A stretch of DNA of 32,000 bases. It comes from Candidatus Annandia pinicola. GTDB taxonomy: Bacteria; Pseudomonadota; Gammaproteobacteria; Enterobacterales; Enterobacteriaceae_A. Shown in pieces: positions 28,169-32,000 of the stretch. Under the pieces are notes generated by a model that saw nothing but the letters and a program-made list of their open reading frames with translations, did not search any database and was not told the DNA's origin. Where the stretch lies: positions 120,001 through 152,000 of the forward strand of contig NZ_CP045876.1 in assembly GCF_020541245.1 (NCBI RefSeq), given 5' to 3'. Made by a program: the position numbers and the translations under genes. Each line of letters starts with the position of its first letter. Positions within the stretch are counted from its first letter, which is position 1.

Positions 28169-29040
28169 TGATAAAAAATATGAAAAAAATAAAAATATTT
28201 TTTAAAATATTCAAACCAGGAATAATATTAGGAAATATTTTATCTTTAATTACAGGTTTTTTTTTAGCTAGTCAAAAACAAATTAAATTTAAAATATTAA
28301 TAATAACTATAATATCAATTATTTTTATAATTTCTTCTTGTTGTGTATTAAATAATATAATTGACATAAACATAGATTGTAAAATGAAAAGAACTAATAA
28401 TAGAATATTAGTAAAAAAAAAAATTTCTATTAAAACAGCTTTTTTAATTTCTATAATTACAAGTTTAATAGGTTTTACTATATTATATTATAAAATAAAC
28501 AAATTAGTTTTATATATTTCTATTATAGGTTTTTTAGTATATATTATAATTTATAGTTTAATTTTAAAAAAATATTCCATATATAGTACATTATTTGGTA
28601 GTATTTCTGGAGCTATTCCACCTGTTATAGGTTACTGTTCTGTAACTAATAAGTTTGATTTTAAAGCATTACTTTTATTTACAATATTTATTTTATGGCA
28701 AATACCTCATTTTTATTCAATTTCTATTATTCATTTAAAAGATTATAAAAAAGCTAAAATTCCTATATTTGTTATTATTAAAGGAATAATAAAAACTAAA
28801 TATAATATTATTTTTTATATAATATTATTTTCTATAATGCATTTTTTTTTATTAATTAATTATTTTAATGATTTTAAGTGTATAATAGTGTCTTTAATTT
28901 TAGATTTTGCATGGATTTTAGTTTCAATATTGGGATTAAGAACATTAAAAAATGAATTATGGTCTAGAGTAATTTTTATTTTATCTATATTAATAATAAT
29001 AATATTTAGTATTACTAGTTTTTGTAATTATAATTTTTAA
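28168..29040 (+). CDS. cyoE: protoheme IX farnesyltransferase (heme O synthase)
   Basis: The 290-aa ORF has KPGIILGNILSLITGFFLAS, DCKMKRTNNRILV, GSISGAIPPVIGYC and LWQIPHFYSI. It is colinear with E. coli CyoE. The A of its ATG is shared with the cyoD TAA (TAATG). Confidence 0.93.
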   Translation: MIKNMKKIKIFFKIFKPGIILGNILSLITGFFLASQKQIKFKILIITIISIIFIISSCCVLNNIIDINIDCKMKRTNNRILVKKKISIKTAFLISIITSLIGFTILYYKINKLVLYISIIGFLVYIIIYSLILKKYSIYSTLFGSISGAIPPVIGYCSVTNKFDFKALLLFTIFILWQIPHFYSISIIHLKDYKKAKIPIFVIIKGIIKTKYNIIFYIILFSIMHFFLLINYFNDFKCIIVSLILDFAWILVSILGLRTLKNELWSRVIFILSILIIIIFSITSFCNYNF

Positions 29041-29079
29041 AATTAATTATAAAAATAATAAAAAAAAATATAAGAAAAT

Positions 29080-30417
29080 ATGAATAAAAATGAAAATAAA
29101 ACTATTATTAGTCTAATTACAGTATTCATATTACGTATGTCTGGGATTTTAATGTTATTACCAATTATGAATATGTATTTACCAACATATTCTAATAAAA
29201 GTAATTTAATTTCTATAGCAATATCTATATATGGATTATTACAAATATTATTTCAAATTCCATATGGAATATTATCTGATATAATGGGAAGAAAACCAGT
29301 TATAAAATTAGGTTTAATTATTTTTATGATAGGTAGTATTGTCGCCTCTTGTAGTAATAATATTTATATTATTATATTAGGTAGAATTATACAGGGTTCT
29401 GGAGCTATTAATACTATTATTTTATTATTAATTTCAGATTTAATTCAAGAAGAAAGTATACCTAAAGCTATGGCAGCTTTAAATATTCTTTTATTTTTTA
29501 CATACTTATCATCTCTTATAATAGGTCCTATGATTGCATGTATTATTGGTTTAAGAAGTTTATTTTTTTTTATGTCTATTTTATCTTTAATTGCTTTTTT
29601 TGTGTTATTATATTTAGTTCCTGAAGAATATCCTATATATTCTAAATTTAATTTTAGAAATAAAATTTTAAAAGTTATTAATAATTTACAATTATTAAAA
29701 ATTAATTTTAGTGTTTTATTTTTACATTTATTATTAAATATTATGTTTTTAAATTTATCAAATAAACTAACATCTGCAGGATTTGATGTTGATGAACACT
29801 GGCAAATGTATTTAATAGAAATATTTATAGCTTTATTTTTAGCTATTCCAATTATTAAAATTATTGAAATTTTTAATAGTATTAAAAAAGCAATAATAAA
29901 TATTATAATTTTAACATTCTTTATATTTTTAATTTTATGGAAATTTAATAAATATCTTTGGTTATTAATTTTATCTGTACAAATATTTTTTATAATTTTT
30001 AACTTATTAGAATCAGTATTACCATCTATGATTAATAGAGAATCTTCATTGTTATCAAAAGGTGCTGCTATGAGTTTATATAGTACATTTCAATTATTAG
30101 GTTCTTTTTCTGGTAGTATAATAAGTAAATATATAAAATATAAATTTAATATAGATTATTTATTTATGGCAACACTTGTACTTATAATAATATGGTTATT
30201 AATAATATTAACTATAGAAGAACCCTTAAATAAAAGTAATGTTTGTATTCAATTAAATAGAAAATTATCTCATGTATCTATTAATAAATTATTCAATAAT
30301 AAAGGAATTTTAGAAGCTCATTTTTCATATAACAAAAATTTTTTATATTTAAAAATTAATAATACATTAATTAAAAAAAAAAATATTAAAGATATAATAA
30401 TACAGCAAAAAAAATAA
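29080..30417 (+). CDS. yajR: MFS transporter YajR, including the C-terminal cytosolic YAM-type domain
   Basis: The 445-aa ORF has IAISIYGLLQILFQIPYGILSDIMGRKP (MFS motif A region) and GRIIQGSGAI. It is colinear with E. coli YajR, including about 60 aa of soluble C-terminal extension. It is adjacent to cyoE as in E. coli. Confidence 0.85.
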   Translation: MNKNENKTIISLITVFILRMSGILMLLPIMNMYLPTYSNKSNLISIAISIYGLLQILFQIPYGILSDIMGRKPVIKLGLIIFMIGSIVASCSNNIYIIILGRIIQGSGAINTIILLLISDLIQEESIPKAMAALNILLFFTYLSSLIIGPMIACIIGLRSLFFFMSILSLIAFFVLLYLVPEEYPIYSKFNFRNKILKVINNLQLLKINFSVLFLHLLLNIMFLNLSNKLTSAGFDVDEHWQMYLIEIFIALFLAIPIIKIIEIFNSIKKAIINIIILTFFIFLILWKFNKYLWLLILSVQIFFIIFNLLESVLPSMINRESSLLSKGAAMSLYSTFQLLGSFSGSIISKYIKYKFNIDYLFMATLVLIIIWLLIILTIEEPLNKSNVCIQLNRKLSHVSINKLFNNKGILEAHFSYNKNFLYLKINNTLIKKKNIKDIIIQQKK

Positions 30418-30421
30418 AAAA

Positions 30422-31534
<1,113 letters not shown>

Positions 31535-31552
31535 TTAATACCTCTAAATTTA

Positions 31553-32000
31553 TTAATTAATTTTATCTAAAAAAGCAGTAGGATTATATGTAATTAACAT
31601 TGCATCTCCATAACTAAAAAAATTATATTTTTTTTTAATTGCTATTTTATAACACGACATTATATTATAATAACCAGCAAAAGAAGAAACAAGTATAATT
31701 AAAGTAGAATAAGGTAAATGAAAATTAGTTATAAGAGCATCTACTATTTTATATTTATAACCAGGATATATAAATATCCCGGTGTTTTGATTTAATGATG
31801 TAATATATTTTGATTTAAAAATTATACTTTCTAATGCACGTAAAGTACTAGTACCTACTGCAATTATACGATTTCCTTTTAATTTACATTTAATAATCTC
31901 ATTTATCGTATTTTTTGTAACAATTACATACTCTTTATGTATAATATGATTTTTAATATTTGATGATTTTACTAAATTAAAAGTACCATATCCTATATGT
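31553..32000 (-). CDS. queA: S-adenosylmethionine:tRNA ribosyltransferase-isomerase, C-terminal part only (5' end lies beyond the right edge)
   Basis: Hand translation of the minus strand ends ...[23 protein letters not shown] (stop at 31555-31553). This matches the E. coli QueA C-terminus ...SYGDAMFITYNPQA. It lies upstream of tgt as in the E. coli queA-tgt operon. The gene is not in the ORF track because it is truncated. Confidence 0.85.
   Translation of the reverse strand, partial: HIGYGTFNLVKSSNIKNHIIHKEYVIVTKNTINEIIKCKLKGNRIIAVGTSTLRALESIIFKSKYITSLNQNTGIFIYPGYKYKIVDALITNFHLPYSTLIILVSSFAGYYNIMSCYKIAIKKKYNFFSYGDAMLITYNPTAFLDKIN

Overview
This window is extremely AT-rich (by eye about one-fifth G+C or less) and tightly packed. 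It looks like the genome of a reduced, Enterobacterales-derived insect endosymbiont (Buchnera/Wigglesworthia/Blochmannia-like); I cannot name the species from sequence alone. I can support 31 protein genes (29 complete; miaB and queA are cut by the window edges) and 4 tRNA genes. All are core housekeeping genes: aminoacyl-tRNA synthetases (glnS, metG, tyrS), tRNA modification (miaB, mnmA, tgt, queA), translation termination and rescue (prfA, prmC, pth, ychF), chaperone/protease (htpG, clpP, clpX), replication (dnaX), nucleotide and energy metabolism (adk, prs, pykF, cyoABCDE), and three transporters (yadGH, mdtK, yajR). The gene order is a patchwork of blocks that match E. coli synteny, joined by deletions. 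I found no CRISPR array, mobile element, prophage, toxin-antitoxin or defence island, and no unexplained large intergenic region (the largest spacer is 196 bp). I therefore do not see a new multi-gene system here. The notable signals are gene-level effects of genome reduction: a ClpX that lacks its N-terminal zinc-binding domain; a pth whose conserved N-terminus can only be translated from an AUU start; an orphan 69-aa ferredoxin that looks like the C-terminal domain of RnfB/RsxB; a speE with an eroded catalytic loop and no adjacent speD; gamma-length dnaX and C-terminally truncated metG; one isolated GC-rich hairpin inside rnt; 13-15 nt poly(A) tracts inside essential genes; TAA as the stop codon in 30 of 30 genes; and tRNA genes with no encoded CCA. 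All homology statements come from my memory of E. coli protein sequences and were not checked against a database.
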